In this document: in pieces, positions 26,895 to 36,122 of the stretch
Position numbering within the stretch: the stretch's first letter is position 1
Layout of the letters: each line of letters starts with the position of its first letter
Assembly (NCBI GenBank): GCA_964529965.1
Contig: CAZHAD010000006.1
Coordinates: 615 to 47,244 of the forward strand
Direction of reading: 5' to 3'
Origin: an uncultured Leptospirales bacterium
GTDB lineage: Bacteria > Spirochaetota > UBA4802 > UBA5550
DNA: 46,630 nt
The notes under the pieces: generated by a model
Told to the model about the DNA's origin: nothing
Database searches by the model: none
The model's input: the letters and a program-made list of their open reading frames with translations, nothing else
Program-made: the position numbers and the translations under genes

Positions 26895-28175
26895 TTATTT
26901 TATTTCTTTCCACATGCGGAGCGTCTGCCGGTAGAAATCGAAGGGTGGTGCCGACGCCTCGGCACGTTTGACGAGAATGTTCCGTGCCCATCTGCGCTCG
27001 GTGAATTCGCATATATCCTTTATATTCCGTCCGGTGAGTCCGTCGCTTCTGTCCCCCAGATGCGCGCATTCATCTTCAGACAGATGCCGGGCGTAATTGG
27101 AAAAGATGGCCGCCCTCTCCGCGGAGATCGGCATGGGGAAATAGATGGTCTGATCGAAGCGGCTTATCAGCGCATGGTCGAGATCGTCCTTGCGGTTGGT
27201 CGCGCCGATGGTGATGGTGCTTGTTGCTGCATCAATGCCGTCGAGCCGACGCAGCAGCACGGAGAGCACGCGGCGCGTCGCCTCGAACATCTGCTGGTCG
27301 CGCGAGCCGGCAAGGGAATCAATCTCATCGAGGAATATGATTGCGCCCCCCATGTCCTCGCACGCGTCGAAAATCTGGGACAGGTTCTGGGAAGACTGGC
27401 CATACCATTTTGACATGATCGATTCAACCGGAACGTACACCAGTGGGAATTCGGATTCGCTCGCAATGATGCGCGCCGCTGTCGTTTTGCCCACTCCCGG
27501 GGCTCCGTCAAAGAGTATGGCCCTGGGTCGGTTTGATTCATAGATTTTTCTGGTCATCCGGGCGATGGAATCGTAGAGCACGGGATTCTTCAAGGGAAGG
27601 ATGATCGATTCACGGATTTTCCGTTTCACCTCATCGTATCCGGCGATACATTCCCAGTTCAGATTCTTGTCCGGCTCCACAATGGATGAGCCCAGGGCCT
27701 TGAGCCTCAGCGCCGGATTCTGACGGTCCGATGAATTGGCCCTCTTAAACAGCTCGATGACGAGGTTGACCTCCTCCTGGGAGAGGCTTCCTTTTTTTGA
27801 TATCTCAACCCGCGAAGACGATGACAGACCGAAAAACTCGACCTTTAAATTATCAAGAACGTTTTCGGTCTTGAACATGTTCGCGTTCAGCGCCTGAAAC
27901 GCGTAATAGCCGCTGTCAAAGCCGTGCACCCTGACATGCGCAATATGCTGTTTGATGAGAAGAAGAAAATCAACGAGCATTTTGTCGGTTATGGGCTGGG
28001 ATGAAAAAGAGACGTGCGTAGATCCCTTCTCAAAGGAGATACGAGGAGGAGACGTTTCCGCCTGCGCCCCCTTTTCATAAAACGAAGAAAGCTCCTTCTC
28101 TATCTGATCCTTCATCCGGTCATAGGATATGCCGCTTTTTTCTTCTCCCGCTGTCTTTATATCTGCGCTTCTCAT
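26895..28175 (-). CDS. Classic-clade AAA ATPase with unknown N-terminal domain
   Basis: WECIAGY, GAPGVGKT, IIFLDEID, IGATNRKDDLDHALISRFD, GLTGRNIKDIC. Confidence 0.92.
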   Translation of the reverse strand: MRSADIKTAGEEKSGISYDRMKDQIEKELSSFYEKGAQAETSPPRISFEKGSTHVSFSSQPITDKMLVDFLLLIKQHIAHVRVHGFDSGYYAFQALNANMFKTENVLDNLKVEFFGLSSSSRVEISKKGSLSQEEVNLVIELFKRANSSDRQNPALRLKALGSSIVEPDKNLNWECIAGYDEVKRKIRESIILPLKNPVLYDSIARMTRKIYESNRPRAILFDGAPGVGKTTAARIIASESEFPLVYVPVESIMSKWYGQSSQNLSQIFDACEDMGGAIIFLDEIDSLAGSRDQQMFEATRRVLSVLLRRLDGIDAATSTITIGATNRKDDLDHALISRFDQTIYFPMPISAERAAIFSNYARHLSEDECAHLGDRSDGLTGRNIKDICEFTERRWARNILVKRAEASAPPFDFYRQTLRMWKEIK

Positions 28176-28573
28176 CGCACGTTCCTCATCCGCTCCGAAT
28201 CCATTATGCAGGTGGAGGCGATTCCCCCGCGGACATTATACATGGTTTTAACCGTCAGGTGCCGTGGGTTCAAGCAATCGAAAAGATCATTGAAGATCCT
28301 GTTGGTTGCGGCCTCCTGGTATACACCTACGTTTCTGAATGATATGAAATAGTACTTCAGCGATTTCAACTCCACGATCCTGTTTCCCGGTATGTAGACG
28401 ATCACAATTTTACCGGTATCCGGCAGGCCGGAAAAGGGGCATACCGCCGTGAACTCTTCGGTTTCATACGTGATCTCCTGAGGATTCCCGTCATAGGTAA
28501 TGGTCTCAAGAAAATCGGTGCGTATACACTCTTCGCTTTCAAATTTAAATAATTTACCCCCGGCTACGGGCAT
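28172..28573 (-). CDS. queF: NADPH-dependent 7-cyano-7-deazaguanine (preQ0) reductase, short type
   Basis: EFTAVCPFSGLPD, ELKSLKYYFISFRN, YQE, NVRGGI. Confidence 0.93.
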   Translation of the reverse strand: MPVAGGKLFKFESEECIRTDFLETITYDGNPQEITYETEEFTAVCPFSGLPDTGKIVIVYIPGNRIVELKSLKYYFISFRNVGVYQEAATNRIFNDLFDCLNPRHLTVKTMYNVRGGIASTCIMDSERMRNVR

Positions 28574-28713
28574 TGATACGACCTCTCGATATTACAACCT
28601 TCATCAAATAAATCCCTACCTCATGGTTGCAATAAAAATCAAGGAAAAAATATCGAGGTGAAAATAAACCATAGAAACCGGTGAAAAATTAGGCAAGGAT
28701 CAATGAAGCGTAA

Positions 28714-29400
28714 TCAAAAAACCACTGACTGATCAGGCAAGACCGTAAAGCGCGCGTCGCAGTCCGGACAACGGAAGGATCCGCTGCTTTTTATACGAAT
28801 AAGGGAATTGCATTTCGCACATTCGATAACCAGGGTCCCGAAATCCCCGCGGACGCTTACCCCGTCCTTCGGTACAACGCTCCGGTTTATGATCCTGAAT
28901 TCTGAACCGCAATGGGGACAAAGATATGCGCCGTCTTCGAACACGCGCACATTCGACCCGCAGGATGAGCACGCTACTATCGTGCCTCCGCGAGATGAGC
29001 GCTCTTCAGCGCCGTGAGCGGCTTCTCTCATCCCGCCGCCTTTCTGGACGCCCGCCCACAGATCGGCTTTCCGAAGTGCATCAGCCCGGGTATCGGCCAT
29101 ATGCAGATACGAGTCGAACTCCAGAACCCCGAACAGTGTCCGCATCTCTTCCGAAAGATTGAAGATCAGGAAATATCCGCCGGCGTCGGAAACTCGCTTT
29201 GCAAGAAATAAAAAAAGTCCGATCCCCTCCGAACTCGCATATGGCATGTTTTTTGCATCAAAAAGAACGATATGGATATTCCTGTCCAGAAGCTTATTAA
29301 TGTAGGCCTCTGCGTCCGGGCTGGTGGAGCTGTCAAGGGCCCCCTCGACCGCAACGACCGCGCCCCTGCCTTCGAATATCTCGGCATGATTGATTACCAC
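28714..29400 (-). CDS. STAS anti-sigma-factor antagonist with two C-terminal zinc-ribbon modules
   Basis: VEGALDSST, YASSEGIG, LIFNLSEEMRTLF; CSSC..CPHC and CAKC..CPDC. Confidence 0.85.
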   Translation of the reverse strand: MVINHAEIFEGRGAVVAVEGALDSSTSPDAEAYINKLLDRNIHIVLFDAKNMPYASSEGIGLFLFLAKRVSDAGGYFLIFNLSEEMRTLFGVLEFDSYLHMADTRADALRKADLWAGVQKGGGMREAAHGAEERSSRGGTIVACSSCGSNVRVFEDGAYLCPHCGSEFRIINRSVVPKDGVSVRGDFGTLVIECAKCNSLIRIKSSGSFRCPDCDARFTVLPDQSVVF

Positions 29401-30350
29401 CGCTGCTGCTCCTTATCCGCAACCGGTATTGCATCCTTAATCTGCCCGTCAAGGTCAAGTGATGAATTATTACGTCGGGAATGCATCTTCCTGTCTGAAG
29501 ACCGCGGAATGCGGGCCTGCTCTTCCGCCATCGTCAAGTCATATACTTCTCCCTGAACAGATCCGGAGTCGTAATCCCCAATCCGCTTGTACCCGGAAAA
29601 CCCGCCGTATTTAAGAGCCTTTTTTTGAAGGCTCCGGTATCTGGCAAGCACCACCAGGGAAACCAGCAGTGAAACGGAAAAAGCGAGGATGAGCGATGCG
29701 ACAAGAAGACGCGTGCTGCGCTCGATCTGTTTTTTGATAAATGAATAAATCTTTTCTTTGCTGATGATAAAGCTCACCGTGCCCACGGGCCTTTTCTTTT
29801 TGAATACCGCCATGCTTGAAAGCCACCCGCTGACTTCGATTGTAGGGTATACAAAACGCTTGAGCAGGGACAGCTCGATCCCGGAAAAAGGAACCGGCTT
29901 TGAAATGATATTGTAATCGGTAAATATGACCTTCCTGCTCTTCCGGTATGCCGGTCTGAGAATCATATCCAGATTGTAAGAAAACTCATCGGTGGCCAGA
30001 TTTCCCTTTAATCTTTTTGCCGTTTCCCTGCTCGAATGGACGACGAGTTTTCCGTTTTTCAACACGAAAAAAGCCTCCACCATAATACGATGCTCAAACT
30101 TCTTATGGAACAGGGACCTGAGCCGCTGTATCCGTCTGGTCCGGTAGCTGATCTCAGCGACATCGGCGAACGCAATCGTAAGCGGCGTTATATACGACCG
30201 GACGGCGGATTCCATTTCTTTGATGTTGGTCCTGGCGGTGTACACAAAATAGGATACAGTTGCACCGGCCGCAATGAGCGATTCTATACAAAGGAGCATG
30301 AAAAAAATACCTGCGGGAAAACGCTTTAATCTTAATCTCTTCTCTTTCAC
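29394..30350 (-). CDS. Hypothetical protein with two TM helices flanking a probable periplasmic domain
   Basis: N-terminal TM, ~170-aa soluble segment, second TM, short cytoplasmic tail ending IKDAIPV; overlaps the STAS gene start. Confidence 0.7.
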   Translation of the reverse strand: MKEKRLRLKRFPAGIFFMLLCIESLIAAGATVSYFVYTARTNIKEMESAVRSYITPLTIAFADVAEISYRTRRIQRLRSLFHKKFEHRIMVEAFFVLKNGKLVVHSSRETAKRLKGNLATDEFSYNLDMILRPAYRKSRKVIFTDYNIISKPVPFSGIELSLLKRFVYPTIEVSGWLSSMAVFKKKRPVGTVSFIISKEKIYSFIKKQIERSTRLLVASLILAFSVSLLVSLVVLARYRSLQKKALKYGGFSGYKRIGDYDSGSVQGEVYDLTMAEEQARIPRSSDRKMHSRRNNSSLDLDGQIKDAIPVADKEQQRW

Positions 30351-30639
30351 CGGCCGTGTAAACCCCCGATTCGCGAGGTTAATGTGGGCGGGCCGACTGA
30401 ATCACTTCAGCCCACCGGTTGCGCCAATTCTTCATGACATATTGGTAATACCGTGTCATATAACAATATCGGAGTAAGGATAGTGTAATTTCAACAAAAA
30501 AAGAAAGCCCGTCTTTAAACCACAAAGTTGGAACATACCGAAAAAAATGATTGTCAAGCCCATGCCTTAAGAGAAAAATCAATTGAGCCAATAAGAGGAT
30601 CAAAAACCTAGTGGATTTCAAGAGTTGACTCCGGCCATT

Positions 30640-31314
30640 ATGCATGATACAAAAAAATATCAAGAAATCCTCGAGGTATGGGATTGGGACACCGGGTTCC
30701 CTACCGGGGTCCCCATTGAGAGGAACAAGGCCCACCGCGAGGGAACGCCTCATGAATCGGTACACCTGTGGATATTGAGAAATTACGAGAATATCCGGGA
30801 AATACTTTTTCAGCACAGGGCGGCACACAAGATGATATATCCCGACTGTTTTGATATCACCGTGGCGGGCCATGTGCCGTATGGATTCGGCGGCAATAAA
30901 ATCCTAAAGGAGGCGGATGAAGAAATCGGGTTTACGCCGGAAGCAACCGCACTCATAGACCTGGGGTGGTATCGGTACGAAGAGATGAACGAACGATTAT
31001 TTCAGAGGGAATTTCAGCATGTCTTTATTCTCCTGGACGGCAGAAGTCTCGATTTATATCGTTTCAAGGACCGCGAAGCGGCCGGAATTTACGCGGTATC
31101 TCTCAGCGACATGAAAAACATCCTTACCCGGGATGCTTCAATAAATATACATGGCTTCGACGGTCGTTTTCTTGTCAGAAAAAGCGCCTCCAGAAAAGAT
31201 TTTCATCCCCAGCTTTTCGACCGATCCATGAAGGTATACATGGACGTCATTCTTCAAGCAGCCGTTGAACTATTCGACAAAGGAAAGGTGGCGACAAAAT
31301 TGCCGGATTTATAA
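30640..31314 (+). CDS. Nudix hydrolase, IPP-isomerase-like (YfcD-type)
   Basis: AHREGTPHESVHLWI, LFQHRAAHKMIYPDCFDITVAGHV, KEADEEIG, REFQHVF. Confidence 0.82.
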   Translation: MHDTKKYQEILEVWDWDTGFPTGVPIERNKAHREGTPHESVHLWILRNYENIREILFQHRAAHKMIYPDCFDITVAGHVPYGFGGNKILKEADEEIGFTPEATALIDLGWYRYEEMNERLFQREFQHVFILLDGRSLDLYRFKDREAAGIYAVSLSDMKNILTRDASINIHGFDGRFLVRKSASRKDFHPQLFDRSMKVYMDVILQAAVELFDKGKVATKLPDL

Positions 31315-31317
31315 ATT

Positions 31318-32367
31318 ATGAAAGAAATATCCTTCCGGGAATCCCTTGAATTAACAAACTCGATATACATCGACGTCCGCTCCCCGGCAGAATTCGAGAC
31401 GGATCATGTAAGCGGTTCTTTGAACATACCCCTGTTCGATAACAACGAGCGGAAAGAAATCGGTACTATCTACCGCATGGCCGGAAGGAACGACGCGGTG
31501 GTGCGCGGCACGGAGATAGTTGGCGAAAAGCTCAAGGGAATCATGCATTCTATACTCGAACACAAGGACAAAAATCTTCTGGTGATGTGCGCGAGAGGAG
31601 GAATGCGCTCAGGTTCCCTCGTATCATTGCTCGATTCGCTGGGGCTGCCGGTTTATCAAATAAAAGAGGGATATAAGGGATATCGGAGATTCGTCATCGA
31701 TTCACTCGAATCGTTGAAGCTGGAGGCCCCGCTCTTTGTCCTTCAGGGACTTACCGGATCCGGCAAAACGGAAATCATCAGACAAACACGGTATGCGATC
31801 GACCTTGAGGACTTGGCAGGACACCGTAGCTCAGTCTTCGGAGGCATCGACAACATTCGAAGAACGCAGAAGCGCTTCGAAAGCCTGCTTCTCGACCGCA
31901 TACGCGTCCTCGAACGCGCCCCTTATATTCTCATCGAGGGTGAATCGAGAAAGATCGGCAACCTTCACATACCCGATCCGTTGTACGAATTCATGAAACG
32001 ATCGCCGGTTATGTATCTCGACACACCCATTGAAAGGCGGGTGGAGATAATCTATGAAGAATATCACGATTACTGCGATGATACGAACATCCCTGTAATC
32101 GTCAAAAGCCTCGGGGCGAAATTGGGGAAAAAAAATACCGATGATCTAATTAGCCTATACACGCAGGGAAAGATCAAAGAATTCATTCGATTGATGCTTG
32201 ATAAATACTATGATCCTCTCTATCAATATTCACTGGATAAAAAAAATTATTTTGCCGTGATACCGAATAACAATGCAGGCAAGGCTGCGGCAGAGGTGGA
32301 GCGGCGCATTAAAGAATATAAGGAAAAAAACAGTAACTTAATTGACAATAAGCACGCACGACTGTAA
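31318..32367 (+). CDS. mnmH: tRNA 2-selenouridine(34) synthase MnmH/SelU
   Basis: Rhodanese domain IDVRSPAEF...CARGGMRS...GYKGYR; P-loop GLTGSGKT; IDLEDLAGHRSSVFG; EGESRKIG; YYDPLY. Confidence 0.95.
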   Translation: MKEISFRESLELTNSIYIDVRSPAEFETDHVSGSLNIPLFDNNERKEIGTIYRMAGRNDAVVRGTEIVGEKLKGIMHSILEHKDKNLLVMCARGGMRSGSLVSLLDSLGLPVYQIKEGYKGYRRFVIDSLESLKLEAPLFVLQGLTGSGKTEIIRQTRYAIDLEDLAGHRSSVFGGIDNIRRTQKRFESLLLDRIRVLERAPYILIEGESRKIGNLHIPDPLYEFMKRSPVMYLDTPIERRVEIIYEEYHDYCDDTNIPVIVKSLGAKLGKKNTDDLISLYTQGKIKEFIRLMLDKYYDPLYQYSLDKKNYFAVIPNNNAGKAAAEVERRIKEYKEKNSNLIDNKHARL

Positions 32368-32395
32368 TCATTTCACCTGTTCAAGGAGAATCATC

Positions 32396-32962
32396 ATGAA
32401 ATACGCTACATTCCTCATCGTATCGTTCATTCTTTTGATTGGATGCGGAGGGACCCAGTACAGGGAAGCCTCAAGGGATAAAGGATCAATGGATTGGGGA
32501 CCGCGTGAAATAAAAACCACCGTGAACAAAATGGTCGGCTCCCTTTACAATTATTTGAAAAGCGACTGGAATCAGCCTGCCTTGATAAAAATCCAGAGGA
32601 TAAAAAACGACACCGCCGAGCATATCGACACAAAAATGCTCGCCGACGAGATCGTTACAAATCTGATCAGGAAGAGAATACAGTTCGTCGACGACTCATA
32701 CACCAAAGAGGCCATCCATGAGATGGAAAGGGGAATGACCGGCCTCGTGGACCCGGACAGCGCTGTGCCGGCGGGTAACCTGAAATCGCCAAACTTTTTT
32801 CTCTTCGGCTCCATAAACGAAAATGTGAGATACGCAAGCGGCAAAAAGCTCCAATACCTCGTCGTTACCCTCACCATGAAGGAGTTAAAAACCGGGCTTT
32901 TAAAATGGATGGAGCGTCAGGAATTTCTGAAAGCCACGACAACCGATAGAATCTCCTTTTGA
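32396..32962 (+). CDS. LpoB-like penicillin-binding protein activator lipoprotein
   Basis: ATG 32396 after AAGGAG; lipobox LLIG-C; IKNDTAEHIDT, IQFVD, TGLVD, ELKTGLLKW. Confidence 0.78.
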   Translation: MKYATFLIVSFILLIGCGGTQYREASRDKGSMDWGPREIKTTVNKMVGSLYNYLKSDWNQPALIKIQRIKNDTAEHIDTKMLADEIVTNLIRKRIQFVDDSYTKEAIHEMERGMTGLVDPDSAVPAGNLKSPNFFLFGSINENVRYASGKKLQYLVVTLTMKELKTGLLKWMERQEFLKATTTDRISF

Positions 32963-32979
32963 TAAGTGAGGAAATCCGC

Positions 32980-34323
32980 ATGAAGCTCGTGAAATTAATT
33001 ATTATAGCCGCATGCCTCGCAACCCTGGTCTCCTGCGCAAAGGACTACCGGCAGTTTATAAGCGCGCCTGAGGAAAAATTTTATCGCGGACAACAGCTTG
33101 AGGCTGCACGGCTGCTTCTCCCTTACATCAACGAGGCAGGTAAGGACCAACTCCTGTTCATGATGGAGGCGGGATACGCCCTGCATATCGCTGAAAAGTA
33201 TGAGGACAGCAACAGGGTGCTGCTGAAAGCCTCGCAGATTGCCCAGGTTACGCCGATCAGCATATCAAAAGAGGTCGCCGCCCTTCTCACGAACCAGACG
33301 GCCACGAACTATCGGGGAGAGGATTTTGAAAAGGTGCTTGTTCACATGTACCTGGGTATCAATTATCTCATGCTTAAAAACGCAGAAGAGGCAGCGGTCG
33401 AATTTAAATCGGTCAATAACGAATTACAGAAGATCAAGACGGAAAACGGTCAGGCGCGGTACAAGCAAAACATAATGGCAAAATATCTCGCTGCAATATC
33501 CCATGAGCTTCGTGCGGATTTGAACAACAGCGAAGAAGACCGAGAATACGCCGCAGTGGAGTATCGCCAGATACTGAAGCTTAAACCGGATTTTGCCATG
33601 GCCAGAAGCGACCTCGCGCATCTCCAATCATCAAGGCAAAGTCCTGCCGGCGAATTGGTGGTTATATTCCAGTCTGGCCGCTCTCCAATCAAGGTTTCAA
33701 GGGGTAAGCTTTTGGATGATCCCGGAATGAGGGTGTCGATCTCAGTGGCCATAGGCAGCCATACCCTGGCCGCAGGCGTAACCGCAGCAGCCATTATGTC
33801 TTCGCTGGCAACCGCGGAAAATCCGATCCCGAGATTTAAAATCCAATCAAATAAGACCAAATTTGTAAAAATAACGGTTTTGGGCAAACAGGCTTCTACC
33901 GAGGTGCTCGAGAACATTCAATATACCGCGATGAAAAATCTTGAGGACGATTACGGCAGGCTCCGCGCCAAGGTCGCTGCTTCCATTGTGGTCAAGACAA
34001 TCGCATCGATAGCAGCTGGTATCGCCGCAAAGGAAGTGACAAAGCATGTGGCGAAAGCCAGCAGCGCCCTCTCTTCCCTGGTGGGCATCGTTGTAGGCGC
34101 CGGTACCGGTGCGGCCCTGTTTTCAACCATGCGACCCGATCTGCGGTGCTGGCATTTCCTTCCCGCAACCCTGCAATTAGCCAGGTTGCGCCTCATGCCG
34201 GGCAAATACACTGCTAAAGTCGAATTTATCGGGTTCAACGGCGCGGTCCAAAATACAAAATATTGTAATTTTGAAATCGGCAAGAGGGGCAAATATTTCA
34301 TGAATCTGAGGACGCTCGAATAA
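32980..34323 (+). CDS. COG3014-family lipoprotein
   Basis: Lipobox TLVS-C; DQLLFMMEAG, YRGEDFEKVLVH, A.VEF, RPDLRCWHFLP; this family commonly lies next to LpoB-like genes. Confidence 0.78.
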   Translation: MKLVKLIIIAACLATLVSCAKDYRQFISAPEEKFYRGQQLEAARLLLPYINEAGKDQLLFMMEAGYALHIAEKYEDSNRVLLKASQIAQVTPISISKEVAALLTNQTATNYRGEDFEKVLVHMYLGINYLMLKNAEEAAVEFKSVNNELQKIKTENGQARYKQNIMAKYLAAISHELRADLNNSEEDREYAAVEYRQILKLKPDFAMARSDLAHLQSSRQSPAGELVVIFQSGRSPIKVSRGKLLDDPGMRVSISVAIGSHTLAAGVTAAAIMSSLATAENPIPRFKIQSNKTKFVKITVLGKQASTEVLENIQYTAMKNLEDDYGRLRAKVAASIVVKTIASIAAGIAAKEVTKHVAKASSALSSLVGIVVGAGTGAALFSTMRPDLRCWHFLPATLQLARLRLMPGKYTAKVEFIGFNGAVQNTKYCNFEIGKRGKYFMNLRTLE

Positions 34324-34368
34324 AGAACCAAAACCGATAATCACAGCTGCCGTTTTTCATCATTCAAA

Positions 34369-35352
34369 CTATATAATTTCACTCATTCTCTGCATATCCT
34401 CATGCGTGCCAAGGACCACGAGGATGTCATTAGCCTCAAGGACTTCCGTGGGAAGCGGATTGAAAATCATCTCGCCGCTGTGCTTTTTAATCAAAACAAT
34501 AATGACGCCGTACACCTTGCGTAAATTGCTCTCGATCAGGTTTTTCCCCACCAGATCGGATTTTGGATTGATAAAGCATTCTTCCATTCGCAGGCCGATA
34601 TTGCTCTCCATGACTGCAATATCGATGAATTCGACCACCGTCGGCTTTATTAACACCTGGGCCATCCGCTTGCCGCCGATAAGATACGGCGAGACAACCC
34701 TTGTGGCGCCGGCCCTCTTCAGCTTGATCTCATCCTTTTCATCCGAAGCCCGCGCCAGAACAAATATATCCGGCCTTATTCCCTTTGCCGTCAGGGTTAT
34801 AAATACATTGTCCGCGTCTGAACCGACTGCGGTTACAATACCCCTGGCTTGCATAATACCCGCCTCCAAAAGCGTCTCCTCTACGGTCGCGTCAAGTGGC
34901 AGATACAAAATTTTGTTAAGCTCCATCCGCTCTATAGCGGACGGATTTTTCTCGATGACGACAAATTCCTTATTATGCTCCTGCAATTCTTTGCAGACAA
35001 GGCTCCCGATTCTCCCATAACCGCAGATGATATAATGGTCTTTTAATCCCGATATCTTCTTTTCCACTTTCCTTCTCCCGAATGTTTTACTCAGCTCTCC
35101 TTCGATAAACATCCTTACCAGGGTGCCGATGGTATAGGCGCCGATCATTATGCCCGTGCTGATGACGATCATGGTGAATATCTTGCCCGGGACCGATAAA
35201 GGATGCACCTCCTGAAAACCGACCGTGCTAATGGTGATAATTGTCATGTATAAGGCGTCAAAATAACTCATCCCCTCAATAAGATGATATCCAATTATAC
35301 CTACTGCAATTGTAAAAAAAAGCAGGGTAAACGATAATCTTAATTTTTTCAA
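34369..35352 (-). CDS. Two-TM potassium-channel-family protein with TrkA-N/TrkA-C (RCK) domains
   Basis: DALYMTIITISTVGF pore helix/filter; HYIICGYGRIG; DADNVFITLTAK; GATRVVSPY; FNP...LEANDILVVLG. Confidence 0.92.
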   Translation of the reverse strand: MKKLRLSFTLLFFTIAVGIIGYHLIEGMSYFDALYMTIITISTVGFQEVHPLSVPGKIFTMIVISTGIMIGAYTIGTLVRMFIEGELSKTFGRRKVEKKISGLKDHYIICGYGRIGSLVCKELQEHNKEFVVIEKNPSAIERMELNKILYLPLDATVEETLLEAGIMQARGIVTAVGSDADNVFITLTAKGIRPDIFVLARASDEKDEIKLKRAGATRVVSPYLIGGKRMAQVLIKPTVVEFIDIAVMESNIGLRMEECFINPKSDLVGKNLIESNLRKVYGVIIVLIKKHSGEMIFNPLPTEVLEANDILVVLGTHEDMQRMSEII

Positions 35353-35588
35353 CTATCCATCCCTTTTATGGTCTTGCCTCATTTTGAGGCGAAATTTAAA
35401 ATCAATAAAGAAATCAACTTTTTAATAATTCATACTAATTATCGGACAGTTTGAATCCATGATCGTGCAATTTACTCGCTTTGCAACTTACTAATTTTTC
35501 AAAAAAAATTATTTATAATATAATTTTTTAATAATCGCACATAACCATTCGTATATTCTTAAACAATACATATTAACAAAAGGAGGCC

Positions 35589-36035
35589 GTGTCTATGAAA
35601 ACCACCCTGAATATACGTGTGGAGATATTAAATAAAATCATGCAGGCGGCAAAAATCAAGGGCTTGACCCTCTCAGAAATGATAACCATTATCCTGAAGC
35701 AAGCCATGGGTAATGTCAGGGAACCTAAGCCTATCGGCAGGCTGGTCAGGTACCAGCAGCGTAACAGGCCAGAGGAATGGCGTACGGTTCACGTGACATG
35801 GCAGGTGGATATGTATGAGTATTTGCAGGATTTGAGAAGGCTTCTGAAGCTGTCGGTGTCTTTGATGCTTGCAGATGCGGTTAAGAGATATTTGGACAAA
35901 CTCCTTAAACAGAATAAGACTGATAACTATCGTTTTATGAATTACGTACTTATCAAGGAAACGATTGACAATATTATATGCTGGAGGCACATCTGGGGCT
36001 TCCCACCCGACCTGGATAAGTTCATCACGCCATAG
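35589..36035 (+). CDS. Putative tandem ribbon-helix-helix DNA-binding protein (DUF1564-like), paralogue 2
   Basis: RBS AAGGAGG; shares VRYQ, EWR.VHV, YEY..DLR.LLK.SVSL, DNY, FMNY, KE.IDNII.WR.IWGF with 11531..11989. Confidence 0.68.
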   Translation: MSMKTTLNIRVEILNKIMQAAKIKGLTLSEMITIILKQAMGNVREPKPIGRLVRYQQRNRPEEWRTVHVTWQVDMYEYLQDLRRLLKLSVSLMLADAVKRYLDKLLKQNKTDNYRFMNYVLIKETIDNIICWRHIWGFPPDLDKFITP

Positions 36036-36122
36036 TTCAAAGATTGATAAAACAAATATCTTATTCTAATTGACGCGTTGATTAGCATACTCATAATACA
36101 AACTAACAGGAGTTTGATATGT

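Noticed and set aside
26895-28573. queF plus ATPase as a Qat/Dpd-like deazaguanine defence system
   Set aside because: QueF looks canonical, the ATPase is a classic AAA rather than a KAP/P-loop defence type, and there is no QueC, DpdA/TGT, TatD or nuclease nearby.
31318-32367. Selenocysteine (UGA read-through) proteins suggested by selU
   Set aside because: The UGA stops I inspected fall at natural protein ends; I saw no Cys-motif-aligned in-frame UGA with a SECIS-like hairpin. This was not an exhaustive scan.
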